A DNA stretch of 64,000 bases, from NCBI GenBank assembly GCA_963791435.1, contig CAWBSL010000001.1, forward strand, positions 1,553,817-1,617,816, read 5' to 3'. Shown here in pieces: positions 52,034-61,508 of this stretch (its first letter is position 1; each line of letters begins with the position of its first letter). Made by a program: the position numbers and the translations under genes. The DNA comes from Candidatus Dormiibacterota bacterium. Lineage in GTDB: Bacteria; Chloroflexota; Dormibacteria; Aeolococcales; Aeolococcaceae. Under the pieces are notes generated by a model. The model saw nothing but the letters and a program-made list of their open reading frames with translations. It was not told where the DNA came from and did no database searches.

Positions 52034-53138
52034 GCGACGCCATCGCCGCCGCCGCGGCATCGATCGTGCGGGCAGCCTCCGCCTCGGTGACGGTCCCCAT
52101 GTGACCGATGCGGATGCCTCGCCCGGCCCACGGGCCGAGGCAACCCGCAATCACCACACCGCGATCGCTCATGCCGGCGCGCAGCGTCGCGTCGTCGACC
52201 CCTTCGGGAAGCGCGAGAACACTCAACGTCGGTGCGAGCAACGCGCTGTCGGTGAGGGGGGTAAATCCGAGCTCTGCCATCCCGTCGCGCACCATCCCTG
52301 CGATGCGACGGTGGCGCTCGTAGCGCGCGGGAAGTCCCTCCGCGAATATGCCGTCGAGCGACACCTCGAGCGCCCGCAGCAGCGACACGGCATGCGTCGA
52401 GAAGTACTTGCGCGGGTCGTCGACGGACGCGTCCCAGCGGCGGAGGTCGGCGTAGTACGCATGAATTTCGCCGAGCGACTCGCGGCGGCGGCGCGCGCGT
52501 TCGGAAACAGCAAGGAGTGCCAGACCCGGTGGCACGCTCAGTGCCTTCTGCGCACCCGTGAGCAGGACGTCAACGTCCCACGCATCCATCTTCTCGTCGA
52601 CACCACCGGTCGCGCAGACGCCATCGATGACGACCAGCGCATCCGGAGCCGCAGCGCGAATCGTCGCGGTGAGCGCGGCGCAATCCGCGAGCACGCCGCT
52701 GCTCGTGTCGACGTGGGTCATGCAGACCATTGCCGGCTGATCGCCGTCGAGTATCAGGGCTCGAAGCGCATTGGTGTCCGCGTGCTGACCCCAATCGACT
52801 CGCATCACATCGGCGCGCATTCCGAGCGCGCCGGCCACCTCGGTGAACCGGTCGCCGAAGTATCCGTGGCTGACGACCACGACCCGATCGCCCGGTGACG
52901 CGTGGTTGACCAGTGCCGCCTCCATCGCCAGCGTCCCTGCTCCCGCGAAGCAGTGGACCCGCGCATGTGCCGATCCCATGAGCTCGCGGATACCGGCCTG
53001 GATGCGCAGCATCGTGGCGGCGTTCTCGGGACCCGTATGGCTGCGAACGGGCTCGGCGAGCGCAGCGAGGACTTCCGGTGCCACCGGCGTCGGTCCGGGG
53101 ATCATGAGCAGCGGCGACGTTGTCATGAGCGCTCCCAT
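52026..53138 (-). CDS. alanine--glyoxylate / serine--pyruvate aminotransferase (class V)
   Basis: LLMIPGPTPV... and TGAQKALSVPPGLA (PLP lysine). Confidence 0.85.
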   Translation of the reverse strand: MGALMTTSPLLMIPGPTPVAPEVLAALAEPVRSHTGPENAATMLRIQAGIRELMGSAHARVHCFAGAGTLAMEAALVNHASPGDRVVVVSHGYFGDRFTEVAGALGMRADVMRVDWGQHADTNALRALILDGDQPAMVCMTHVDTSSGVLADCAALTATIRAAAPDALVVIDGVCATGGVDEKMDAWDVDVLLTGAQKALSVPPGLALLAVSERARRRRESLGEIHAYYADLRRWDASVDDPRKYFSTHAVSLLRALEVSLDGIFAEGLPARYERHRRIAGMVRDGMAELGFTPLTDSALLAPTLSVLALPEGVDDATLRAGMSDRGVVIAGCLGPWAGRGIRIGHMGTVTEAEAARTIDAAAAAMASHA

Positions 53139-53208
53139 GCTGCCACACGCGCCGCCGCCCCCGTGATCGGTAGCTTCGCCCGCCGATCGGGTGAGGGCGG
53201 CTCAGCCG

Positions 53209-53395
53209 CTAGATGGAGTCGCGGCGAAAGGCGGCGATCACGATGGGCGCGTCCTCGCGCACCGCGACGTCGGTGCCGTCGACGAAGGAAATCCGAGTGG
53301 ATCCCACGGATTCCTGGCGAACCTGGGTCACGGCCTCCACGTTGATGTAGGTCGACGCCTCATCGGCGGCCAGGTGGAGCACGACCCATTTCGCC
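53209..53395 (-). CDS. small hypothetical protein (62 aa, MAKWVVLHLAADEAS...)
   Basis: Only the C-terminal 62 aa of the 229-aa track ORF have coding character. It lies upstream of the AGT-glcDEF operon. Confidence 0.35.
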
Positions 53396-53731
53396 ATGCC
53401 CCGCAGTCTATCAACCGGCCGGAACGCGTCCAGACACGCGGATGACACGAATGGGCCCTTGCGAGGACGGGTGATGCGGGACGGCCGGGTGACGCTTGTC
53501 ACAGTCCTGAACGCGCGTCGATCTGCGCTCCCACTAAGTACCCTGTCGAACAGACGCCCCCGCGCGGCTCCGGCAGATTTGGGCCTCGTGAGCAACACGG
53601 AAGCTGACACCGCGGTGGGCGGGGACAACTGGTAACACCAGATCGGGTGACCGCGTCGCACCGACCGAAGGAGACTTCGACCGTGACCACCCGTAGCGCA
53701 CGGTCGCAGATTCACCGGATCTAGCGCGCTC

Positions 53732-55708
53732 GTGTCATCTCGCCGGCTGTTCATCATCGTGACGGCGTCGATCGCCGTCCTCGTCAGCGTCTTCGTGAGT
53801 GCGTCGCTGCTCGGCTTCGGTGAGAACGTGTTGCTGTGGGTGTCGCTCGCGCTTGTCGGCCTGACGCTCACACCAATGTACCTGGCGCTGTATCTCAACC
53901 TCGGGCTCGGCAGGGCGCTGGCACATCAGGCGTCGCACGATTCGCTGACCGGATTGCCGAACCGAACGCTGCTGCGGCGGCGCCTGGAGCGCGAGCTTGC
54001 AGCATTCGCGACCGCGGAACAGAGCATGACATTGCTGATGCTTGACCTGGATGGTTTCAAGGAGGTCAACGACACCTTCGGTCATAGTGCCGGTGACCAG
54101 GTGCTGGTCCAGGTTGCGCAGCGGATCGTTGCCAGCGTTCGGGATGGCGATGCGGTTGCCCGTCTTGGGGGCGATGAGTTTGCCGTCCTCCTGGCGGACG
54201 GGCCCGGGGAAGACGCCGCCATCCTTGCACGACGTGTGCTCGCCGCACTGGAGCTGCCCCTTGCGTTGCAGACGACCACGGTAAGCGTCGCCGCGAGCGT
54301 CGGCATCGCCTCAGCAGGGCGCGGCGCGACGGCGGATGAGCTGCTGCGCAACGCGGACCTCGCGATGTACGCGGCAAAGTCCACGGGCGGCAACGGTTTC
54401 GCACTCTTCAAACCGTCCATGCACACGGCGGTGGCGGAGCGTGTGCGCGTGGAGACCGGACTGCGCACGGCGTGGCTCACCGGCGATCTGATCGTGCACT
54501 ATCAGCCGATCGTCGACCTCGAGAATGGTCGACTGATGTCGGTCGAGGCGCTCGCACGGTGGAAGCATCCGGACGGCGACATCATCACTCCGGACGTCTT
54601 CATCCCGATCGCGGAGCGCACCGGTCTGATCATCCCGATCGGCGCGCGGATCCTCAATGAAGCGTGCCAGCAGCTCGCGGCCTGGCAGGGTGAGTACGGC
54701 CCCGCCGCCGACATCACGATGAGCGTCAACGTGTCGCCACGACAGCTCTACTCCGGCGACCTCGAGGCAATCGTCGAGGAGGCGATTCGCAGCGCAGCGA
54801 TACAGCCCAGCAGCCTGATCCTCGAGGTGACCGAGACGTCGGTCATGGACGACATGGACAGCGCGATCCGGATTCTCGGCCGCCTCAAGGCGCTCGGCGT
54901 TGCGCTCGCCATCGACGACTTCGGAGTTGGCGCATCGTCGCTGGCCCGGCTGCGCCGTCTTCCGGTTGCGGTGGTGAAGATCGACAAGTCGCTGGTCGAC
55001 CACGTTCCTGATGGGCACGTGGCGAGCGCGCTCCTCGACGCCGTTGTCGGCATCGTCCGTGCACTGCAGCTACGTACGATCATCGAAGGGGTGGAGCGCG
55101 CCGATCAGGCCGAGCACTTGCGCGTCGCGGGCTACGATCTCGCGCAAGGGTTCTACTATGCACGGCCAATGGAGGCCGAGGGCATCGCGCGTGCACTAGC
55201 TGCCGCCCGGGCAGAAGACGCCGGGAGGGCGGTGTTCCCGGTCGATCTCGATCATCAAGCTGCGCCGCCGCACAAGCGGCCCGGACGCGCTGTGGTCGTG
55301 GACGACGACCAGTTCGTGGGGGCGACCGCCTGCCGGATCCTTGAGCGGTACGGCATGCGCACTGTGCTCGTGCCGACCCTCCGCGAAGCGATGGCGGAGC
55401 TGTCCCACGAGACCGATGTGATGGTTGTCGATATCGGCCTTCCCGACGGCGATGGATGGGACCTCATCACCCACGTGCGCAACGGCACCGTGCACGCGCA
55501 CATGCCGATGGTGGTGATGACGGGTTTGCTCGACAGCGCGGACGTCCTCAACCGCGCCTATGAGCTGAAGTGCGAATACCTGGGCAAGCCATTCGCTCCC
55601 GAGGCACTGATCGCGAAGATCGAATCGGCCAGGCGCATGGTCGCGGTCGCCGTGCCACCGGTCATCGACTCCGAGCTCGACACCCCCGTCGCCGCAGCCA
55701 ACGCCTGA
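53732..55708 (+). CDS. membrane-anchored diguanylate cyclase/phosphodiesterase (GGDEF-EAL) with C-terminal response-regulator receiver (REC) domain
   Basis: Two N-terminal TM helices. GGDEF with intact RxxD I-site (RDGDAVARLGGDEF). EAL domain with EAL, DDFGVG, KID and EGVE motifs. C-terminal REC (VVVDDD...VVDIGLPDGDG...VMTG...KPF). Confidence 0.88.
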   Translation: MSSRRLFIIVTASIAVLVSVFVSASLLGFGENVLLWVSLALVGLTLTPMYLALYLNLGLGRALAHQASHDSLTGLPNRTLLRRRLERELAAFATAEQSMTLLMLDLDGFKEVNDTFGHSAGDQVLVQVAQRIVASVRDGDAVARLGGDEFAVLLADGPGEDAAILARRVLAALELPLALQTTTVSVAASVGIASAGRGATADELLRNADLAMYAAKSTGGNGFALFKPSMHTAVAERVRVETGLRTAWLTGDLIVHYQPIVDLENGRLMSVEALARWKHPDGDIITPDVFIPIAERTGLIIPIGARILNEACQQLAAWQGEYGPAADITMSVNVSPRQLYSGDLEAIVEEAIRSAAIQPSSLILEVTETSVMDDMDSAIRILGRLKALGVALAIDDFGVGASSLARLRRLPVAVVKIDKSLVDHVPDGHVASALLDAVVGIVRALQLRTIIEGVERADQAEHLRVAGYDLAQGFYYARPMEAEGIARALAAARAEDAGRAVFPVDLDHQAAPPHKRPGRAVVVDDDQFVGATACRILERYGMRTVLVPTLREAMAELSHETDVMVVDIGLPDGDGWDLITHVRNGTVHAHMPMVVMTGLLDSADVLNRAYELKCEYLGKPFAPEALIAKIESARRMVAVAVPPVIDSELDTPVAAANA

Positions 55709-55748
55709 ATCGCTCGCCCGATCGGGCCGTCGCGTACCGCGTGGCAAG

Positions 55749-56783
55749 ATGCGCACCGTGTCCCGTCAACTGCGCTTCGGATACAAGGTGTCGGCGGAGC
55801 AGTTCGGCCCCTCCGCACTGCTCGATTTCACCGTGGCGGCAGAGCAATGCGGGTTCGACACCGCGGCCATCAGCGACCACTTTCAGCCCTGGCGGCACAC
55901 CGGCGGTCACGCGCCCTTCTCGCTTGCATGGCTGGGCGCGGCTGCTCAGGCAACCACGCGTATCGCGCTCGGCACAAGCGTGCTCACCCCGACATTCCGC
56001 TATCACCCCGCGGTGGTCGCCCAGGCGATGGGAACGCTCGGGAGCATGTTCCCCGGCCGGTTCTGGCTCGGGGTGGGGACCGGTGAGTCGATGAATGAGG
56101 CGCCGCTCGGCATCGAGTGGCCGGATACCAAGGAGCGGTTCGCTCGCCTCAAGGAGGCGGTCACGCTCATCCAGACGCTCATGACAACCGATCGCGTCAC
56201 CTTCGACGGCACGTATTACCGGACGCGCAACGCCACCATCTACGACCGTCCCGCGCAGCCGATCCCCATCTACATCGCGGCGGCGGGCGCATCAGCTGCG
56301 CGGCTCGCCGGCAGGGTCGCCGACGGGCTGATCTGCACCAGCGGCAAGGGTATGGAGCTCTACGCGGACACGCTTCTCCCGGCGGTCGCGGAGGGCGCTC
56401 GCGCGGCAGGACGCGAACCCGACGCGGTGGAACTGACCATCGAGATGAAGGTGTCCTTCGACAGGGATCTGGACAGGGCTCGAGAGGACACGCGCCACTG
56501 GTCGGCGCTCGCACTGTCGCCCGAGGAGAAGACCGGCGTCGAGGACGCCGTCGAGATGGAACGGCTCGCCGACGCGCTCCCAACAGACCGGGCGGCGAGC
56601 CGCTGGATCGTCTCCTCAGACCCTGACGAGCACGTGGACAGCATCCGCCCGTACCTCGATCTCGGGTTCACCCACCTCATCTTCCACGCGCCCGGCCCCG
56701 ATCAGCGCCGCTTCCTGGACCTGTACTCGCGCGAGGTCCTGCCACGTCTGCGCGCCATCGGCCGACGAGTCAGCGCCGCCTGA
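55749..56783 (+). CDS. fgd: F420-dependent glucose-6-phosphate dehydrogenase (LLM luciferase-like family)
   Basis: Colinear with mycobacterial FGD1 (GYK.SAEQF.P..L....V.AE..G.D.A.ISDHFQPWRH.GGHAPFSL.W...TPTFRYHPAV.AQA...WIVSSDPDE...HLIFHAPG.DQRRFL.L). Confidence 0.85.
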   Translation: MRTVSRQLRFGYKVSAEQFGPSALLDFTVAAEQCGFDTAAISDHFQPWRHTGGHAPFSLAWLGAAAQATTRIALGTSVLTPTFRYHPAVVAQAMGTLGSMFPGRFWLGVGTGESMNEAPLGIEWPDTKERFARLKEAVTLIQTLMTTDRVTFDGTYYRTRNATIYDRPAQPIPIYIAAAGASAARLAGRVADGLICTSGKGMELYADTLLPAVAEGARAAGREPDAVELTIEMKVSFDRDLDRAREDTRHWSALALSPEEKTGVEDAVEMERLADALPTDRAASRWIVSSDPDEHVDSIRPYLDLGFTHLIFHAPGPDQRRFLDLYSREVLPRLRAIGRRVSAA

Positions 56784-56789
56784 CCCGTC

Positions 56790-57200
56790 TTATCCCTGGG
56801 CTGTGGGGCCGCTCCGGTCGACGCTGATGCGCAGCAGAACACGGCGGTCTCGCACCATCGCCGCGCGGTAGTCGTTCCAGTCCGGATGCTCGCCGCTGAC
56901 CCGCCGGTAGTAGTCGACCAGCGGTTCCATCGCCTCGGGGAGGCTCACGATCTCGACGCTGCCCTCCAGGCTGTGCCACTCACCGAAGAACTGCTGGCTG
57001 AAGACGCAGAGCGCCGCGCGCGGCGTGCGCCGGAGATTGAGCGTCTTCATCGCCCCCTCGCGGGTGCTGATCACCACGCGATCTTCCGCATCGACGGTTG
57101 CGCTGACCGGCGAGAGTTGCGCCTGGCCATCGCGTCGATAGGTTGCGAGCACCGCGCGCGGGTTCGCGCGGACGAAGTCGAGCACGAGTTCATGAGCCAT
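56790..57200 (-). CDS. PPOX-class F420-dependent oxidoreductase (pyridoxamine 5'-phosphate oxidase-like split barrel)
   Basis: 136 aa. ...ANPRAVLATYRRDGQAQLSPV....VVIST... pattern. Confidence 0.75.
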   Translation of the reverse strand: MAHELVLDFVRANPRAVLATYRRDGQAQLSPVSATVDAEDRVVISTREGAMKTLNLRRTPRAALCVFSQQFFGEWHSLEGSVEIVSLPEAMEPLVDYYRRVSGEHPDWNDYRAAMVRDRRVLLRISVDRSGPTAQG

Positions 57201-58119
57201 CGAGCGACTCTAGGCTGTGGAGCAGCGAGCGGGCGAAACGCTGCTCTCCACCGGAGCCCTCCATCACCGTGTCGTCGACCAGCGTGTGCATCCCAAGCGA
57301 ACGGATCTGCCCGATCAGCCCGAGGTCCGCGCGGTCGATGACGATGGTTGCCGCGACGCCGGCGTAGTGGCGAGCCACGCCGAGCGCGGTGGCCTCCTCG
57401 CCCATCTGCTGGAGCATCGACACGGTCGGACCTTTCAGGGAGCGCCCGCCCACCACGGGGGATACGACGGTAACCCGTTCGCGATCGAGCTCATCGCCGA
57501 GGACGGCGAGGATCGGGTCGACGCTCAGGAGCGGATTCGACGGCCCGATGACCACGGCGTCCGCGTTTCGCACTGCGGTGACCGCCTCGGGCGAGGGGGC
57601 GGCCGACTCGATGCCGGCAAGGCGGATGCTTCGCACCACCGGCGCGCACCGCTCGCCGACGAACCACTCCTGCATGCTCAATTCCCCGGCATCGGTCCGG
57701 ATGTGGGTGCGGACGGGGTCGTCGCTCATCGGGATCACGCGCGCCTGAATGCCGAAGCTGCGCGCGAGATGCGCCACCGCCTCACTGAGCCGAAGGCCGT
57801 TGCGGAGGAGCATCGCGCGGAGCAGGTGAACGCCGATATCGCGGTCGCCGAGCTGGAACCAGGTCTGCTCACCGAGGCTCCCGAGCATCGCCTGCGCGTG
57901 AAAGGTGTCGTCACGAACGCCGAACCCGGTCAGCTCGTTGAACACACCGGCGAGCCGGTAGAGGATCGCGTCGACGTCCGGGCTCACGAGCAGACCCCAG
58001 AACTCGTCGTCATCGGCGGTGTTGGCGATGATCGCGAGGTCCTCCGGCGGCAGCTCGGCCGCAAGCCCGCTTGCCAGCCTGGCACCCCCGGTCCCTCCCG
58101 ACAGCAACGCGACTTTCAC
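57190..58119 (-). CDS. cofD: 2-phospho-L-lactate transferase (F420 biosynthesis)
   Basis: MKVALLSGGTGGARLASGL N-terminus and CofD/UPF0052 core. 309 aa. Confidence 0.9.
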   Translation of the reverse strand: MKVALLSGGTGGARLASGLAAELPPEDLAIIANTADDDEFWGLLVSPDVDAILYRLAGVFNELTGFGVRDDTFHAQAMLGSLGEQTWFQLGDRDIGVHLLRAMLLRNGLRLSEAVAHLARSFGIQARVIPMSDDPVRTHIRTDAGELSMQEWFVGERCAPVVRSIRLAGIESAAPSPEAVTAVRNADAVVIGPSNPLLSVDPILAVLGDELDRERVTVVSPVVGGRSLKGPTVSMLQQMGEEATALGVARHYAGVAATIVIDRADLGLIGQIRSLGMHTLVDDTVMEGSGGEQRFARSLLHSLESLDGS

Positions 58120-58853
58120 CGGAAGAGATCCAGCTCCGAGGGCCGCACCAGCTCCTGTCCGGATCCGGGCACGCCTTCCAGGTCGCCAAGTCCCTGGACG
58201 ACCACCACCGGGACGCGCCGCGTTTTGCCCATCACCAGCTCCGCGGCCGCCGCGAGCTCGTCCGCGATCGCCACCACCGTTGCCTGCAACGGCATCCCGA
58301 AGTCATCCGGCTGTCCGCGGTAGTCGAGCATCGCGGGAATCCCCGCCACGCCGAGCGCGACATTGACGAGTCCCATCCGCCAGGCGCGGCCGAACGTGTC
58401 GCTGACGATCACACCGACGCGGACCCCGGAGAGCGCCTCGACCCGGTCGCGTAGCACTCGCGCGCTGGCGTCACAGTCCACCGGGAGCAGGCAGACGTCG
58501 TCCGTGCCGTCCATGTTGGACCGATCGACGCCTGCATTCGCGCAGACGAATCCCTGGTGCGTCTCGACGATGAGGACGCGGTCGGCACGGACGATACGGA
58601 CCGTCTCGTCGAGCACCACCTGGACCATTCGTGCGTCGGCATCGAGGCCCACCGCCAGCGTCCGTGCCTGCTCGGACGGCGTCACCTCCGAGAGGCGCCG
58701 AATCCTCCCCTCGGCCTTGGAGACGACCTTCTGGGCGATCACGACGGCGTCGCCGTCGTGCAGCGTTCCGGAGTGCTCGACGATCAGCGCGGCCAGGTCG
58801 TCACCCGGGTGGATCTCCGGCAGACCCTCGACGCCGCGAAGCTCGAGGTTCAC
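58116..58853 (-). CDS. cofE: coenzyme F420-0:L-glutamate ligase, single-domain form
   Basis: ...GDDLAALI...DGDAVVIAQKVVSKAEGR...CANAGVD.SN... 245 aa, so it lacks the C-terminal nitroreductase-like domain of actinobacterial FbiB. ATGA overlap with the cofD start. Confidence 0.88.
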   Translation of the reverse strand: MNLELRGVEGLPEIHPGDDLAALIVEHSGTLHDGDAVVIAQKVVSKAEGRIRRLSEVTPSEQARTLAVGLDADARMVQVVLDETVRIVRADRVLIVETHQGFVCANAGVDRSNMDGTDDVCLLPVDCDASARVLRDRVEALSGVRVGVIVSDTFGRAWRMGLVNVALGVAGIPAMLDYRGQPDDFGMPLQATVVAIADELAAAAELVMGKTRRVPVVVVQGLGDLEGVPGSGQELVRPSELDLFR

Positions 58854-59455
58854 CCGGTCGGCTCGAGCCGGCGCCAGGCGGTGAGGTCGGCCGGCTCGTC
58901 GAGATCGAGAGCGAGACTCGGATCTTCATGGACCACGAACCGCCGGCCGCGGATTCGGGCCTCCTCGGCGAATTTCGGCAGGGATGCCGCTCCGAAGTGG
59001 AGTCCGAAGTGGTCCGGCGGTCGGAGGTACAGCGCGTTGGTGCCCTGGCGGCCGTCTGCGGGTGCAGCGACCACAAGGCTCCCAGGCTCCTCGGCGACGG
59101 CAAGGAGCCGGCGCAACGCTGCCTCGTCCACGAGTGGGAGGTCGGAGCTGAGGAGCAGCACCGCCGATGCGCCGCGCTGCGACGCCTCCTCGAGGCCGCG
59201 CATCGCGGCGGGATTCTGTCCGCTCGGGGAAGCCTCGACGACCAGTGCGGCGCCGCGGGTCCGGGCCAGTTCCGCAGCCTCGATCGATCCGCATACGGCG
59301 AGGGTCGGTGCAAGCCCGAGGGCCGCGTCGAGCGCCCGCGCGGCGGTCATCTCGGCGAGCCTTCGTCGCGCCTGTGGCTCCAGCACCGACGCGAGCCTCG
59401 TTTTCGCGGTGGTGAAGTCCTTGATCAGCACCACGATCCAGAAGGTGGGCGCCAT
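58850..59455 (-). CDS. cofC: 2-phospho-L-lactate (or PEP/3PG) guanylyltransferase
   Basis: WIVVLIKDFTTAKTRL is the hallmark of the CofC/FbiD N-terminus. MobA-like NTP transferase fold. ATGA overlap with cofE. Confidence 0.85.
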   Translation of the reverse strand: MAPTFWIVVLIKDFTTAKTRLASVLEPQARRRLAEMTAARALDAALGLAPTLAVCGSIEAAELARTRGAALVVEASPSGQNPAAMRGLEEASQRGASAVLLLSSDLPLVDEAALRRLLAVAEEPGSLVVAAPADGRQGTNALYLRPPDHFGLHFGAASLPKFAEEARIRGRRFVVHEDPSLALDLDEPADLTAWRRLEPTG

Positions 59456-59462
59456 CGACTGC

Positions 59463-60482
59463 CTAGGATCCGACTTCGGCGGGCACCGGCACATCGGCGG
59501 CCTCGTGCGGCGTCTCGACGACATCGCGCCGCTTCAGCAGGTTCAGCGTCGTGACCACGGCGATCAGGAGCAAGGCACCGACGATCTCGATCCCGTACAG
59601 GGGAAGGCCGAGGCCGACCGGAGCGGGGAGCGAGAACACCAGGAACAGCGTGCACGGGTACCCAAGCTCGGCGATCGATGCGAGCGATGCCGGCGTGCTC
59701 GCCAGCGCTCGGTAGTACAGAAGCATCGCGAGCAGGCCCGGGATGAGCGCGATCCCGATGAAGCTCGGAATCTGGTGCACCGAGAAGGTTCCGAGGTGGC
59801 CGCCTCCGACGTTGGTCAGCATGAGAATGAGCAACACCGGGAGTGCGAGCGTGAAACGCATCGCTGCCGTTGTCACGAACGAGACGTTCGAAAGGCTGTA
59901 GCGGCCGAACACCGTGCCCGACGCCCAGAGAATCACGGCGCCGAGAATCAGGATGGCCGCGAGCAGTTGATCGTGCTCCACCGCGGAGAACGGGGCGAAC
60001 GGGTTCTGCGGAAAGACGATGAGATACACGCCGACGATGGCGACTGCAGCGAGCGGCCAGAAGTACGGCTTGCGGCGCTCCTTCAGGAAGATGCGCGCCA
60101 TTGCGATGCCGAACACCGGCTGCAGCATGTACAGCAGGTACACCTCGTTCTCCACATTGAAGTCGGGGGCCGCATGCGCCGGGAAGGCATAGCTCAGCGC
60201 CTGCGTGAAGAGCACGGTGGCGAACGCCTGCGCGCCCAGCGCGATGATGCCCATGGCGATCCACTGACGGAGCGGCAGGTGATGGAGCTCACGGCGAATG
60301 CGACCCGCCAGTGGCAGAAAGCACAGCGCGATGAGCAGCGACTCGACGAAGACGATCTGGCTCGCAGTGAGCTGCTTGGTCAGCTCGGGTCGGAAATACG
60401 GGTCGGTCGCCCACATCGCGGCGGCGACGGCGACAGCCAGTGGTCCCATGCGGCCGATCAGACCGCCCGCTCTCGATGCCAC
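59463..60482 (-). CDS. DMT-superfamily (EamA-like) transporter, 10 TM
   Basis: Two EamA repeats. Directly upstream of, and co-directional with, cofC. Confidence 0.8.
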   Translation of the reverse strand: MASRAGGLIGRMGPLAVAVAAAMWATDPYFRPELTKQLTASQIVFVESLLIALCFLPLAGRIRRELHHLPLRQWIAMGIIALGAQAFATVLFTQALSYAFPAHAAPDFNVENEVYLLYMLQPVFGIAMARIFLKERRKPYFWPLAAVAIVGVYLIVFPQNPFAPFSAVEHDQLLAAILILGAVILWASGTVFGRYSLSNVSFVTTAAMRFTLALPVLLILMLTNVGGGHLGTFSVHQIPSFIGIALIPGLLAMLLYYRALASTPASLASIAELGYPCTLFLVFSLPAPVGLGLPLYGIEIVGALLLIAVVTTLNLLKRRDVVETPHEAADVPVPAEVGS

Positions 60483-60604
60483 GCTTACGGGACCCTGGCC
60501 TCGCGGGGGCGAGAGGACGGCCGGCCTGGGAAGTGCACCGGTAAATTACACTCGAAAGCACGCCCCCCGGCGTCGGGATACCAGCCACTTGCGGAGATGC
60601 GCTC

Positions 60605-61009
60605 ATGCTGTTCGGTCAAGACCACGTGGATCGATACGTCGCCACCAACGGTGACGAGGGGTATTCGTGGAACAAGGGCACCGAGATTCTGATCCTCACC
60701 ACCACAGGACGGAAGACCGGTCAGGCACGCAGCAATGCGCTCATCTTCGGCCGTCACGGTGACGACCTCCTTGTCGTCGGCTCGAAAGGCGGAGCGCCGA
60801 AACCGCCCGCGTGGTATGTGAATCTCACTGCCAACCCGGAGGTGCAGGTCCAGGTGAAGGGAGACCGCTTCGCGGCTCACGCTCGCACGGCAACTGCGGA
60901 AGAGAAGCCCGAGCTCTGGAAGATCATGACGGCATCGTGGCCGGACTACGACCAGTATCAGCAGCGCACCGAGCGCGAGATCCCCGTGGTCATCCTGACT
61001 CGCGACTGA
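60605..61009 (+). CDS. deazaflavin (F420H2)-dependent nitroreductase family protein (Ddn-like, DUF385)
   Basis: ...ILILTTTGRKTGQARSN.LIF...DDLLVVGSKGGAPKPPAWYVNL.ANPEVQVQV. Confidence 0.8.
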   Translation: MLFGQDHVDRYVATNGDEGYSWNKGTEILILTTTGRKTGQARSNALIFGRHGDDLLVVGSKGGAPKPPAWYVNLTANPEVQVQVKGDRFAAHARTATAEEKPELWKIMTASWPDYDQYQQRTEREIPVVILTRD

Positions 61010-61018
61010 GAGGGCACC

Positions 61019-61477
61019 ATGACCACGACCGTCACAAGCGTCGCCGAGTTGACCGCGTTGACCGGCAGGCATCTGGGCTACTCCGAGTGGCGCGAGATCA
61101 CGCAGGAGCAGGTCAACACCTTCGCCGACGCGACCGACGATCATCAATGGATTCACGTCGACGCGGCACGTGCGGCGTCCGGTCCTTTTGGAACGACGAT
61201 CGCGCACGGGTTCCTCACGCTGTCGCTGCTCGTGCCGATGTGGAGCGAGATCCTCCGCTACGACGGCGTGCGACTCGGCATCAACTATGGCCTGAACAGG
61301 GTGCGGTTTCCCTCACCTGTGCCAGTCGGTTCGAAGATCCGCGCTGGTGCCACGCTCGTCTCCGTTGAAACAGCGGCGGACGGTAGCCTGCAGGTCGTGG
61401 TCGACTTCGTTGTCGAGCGCGAGGGCGCGGACAAGCCGTGTTGCATCGCACAGGGTCTGTACCGCTTTTACGGCTGA
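61019..61477 (+). CDS. MaoC-family dehydratase (hotdog)
   Basis: FADATDDHQWIHVDAARAA.GPFGTTIAHGFLT. Confidence 0.8.
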   Translation: MTTTVTSVAELTALTGRHLGYSEWREITQEQVNTFADATDDHQWIHVDAARAASGPFGTTIAHGFLTLSLLVPMWSEILRYDGVRLGINYGLNRVRFPSPVPVGSKIRAGATLVSVETAADGSLQVVVDFVVEREGADKPCCIAQGLYRFYG

Positions 61478-61508
61478 TTCCTCAAAGAGGGCAGAGCGCG
61501 CCGCGGAT

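Noticed and set aside
53396-53898. Upstream 167 codons of the 229-aa minus-strand ORF 53209-53898
   Set aside because: Composition is Ser/Arg/Thr-rich with no coding bias. Only the last 62 codons, from the ATG at 53395, look protein-like.
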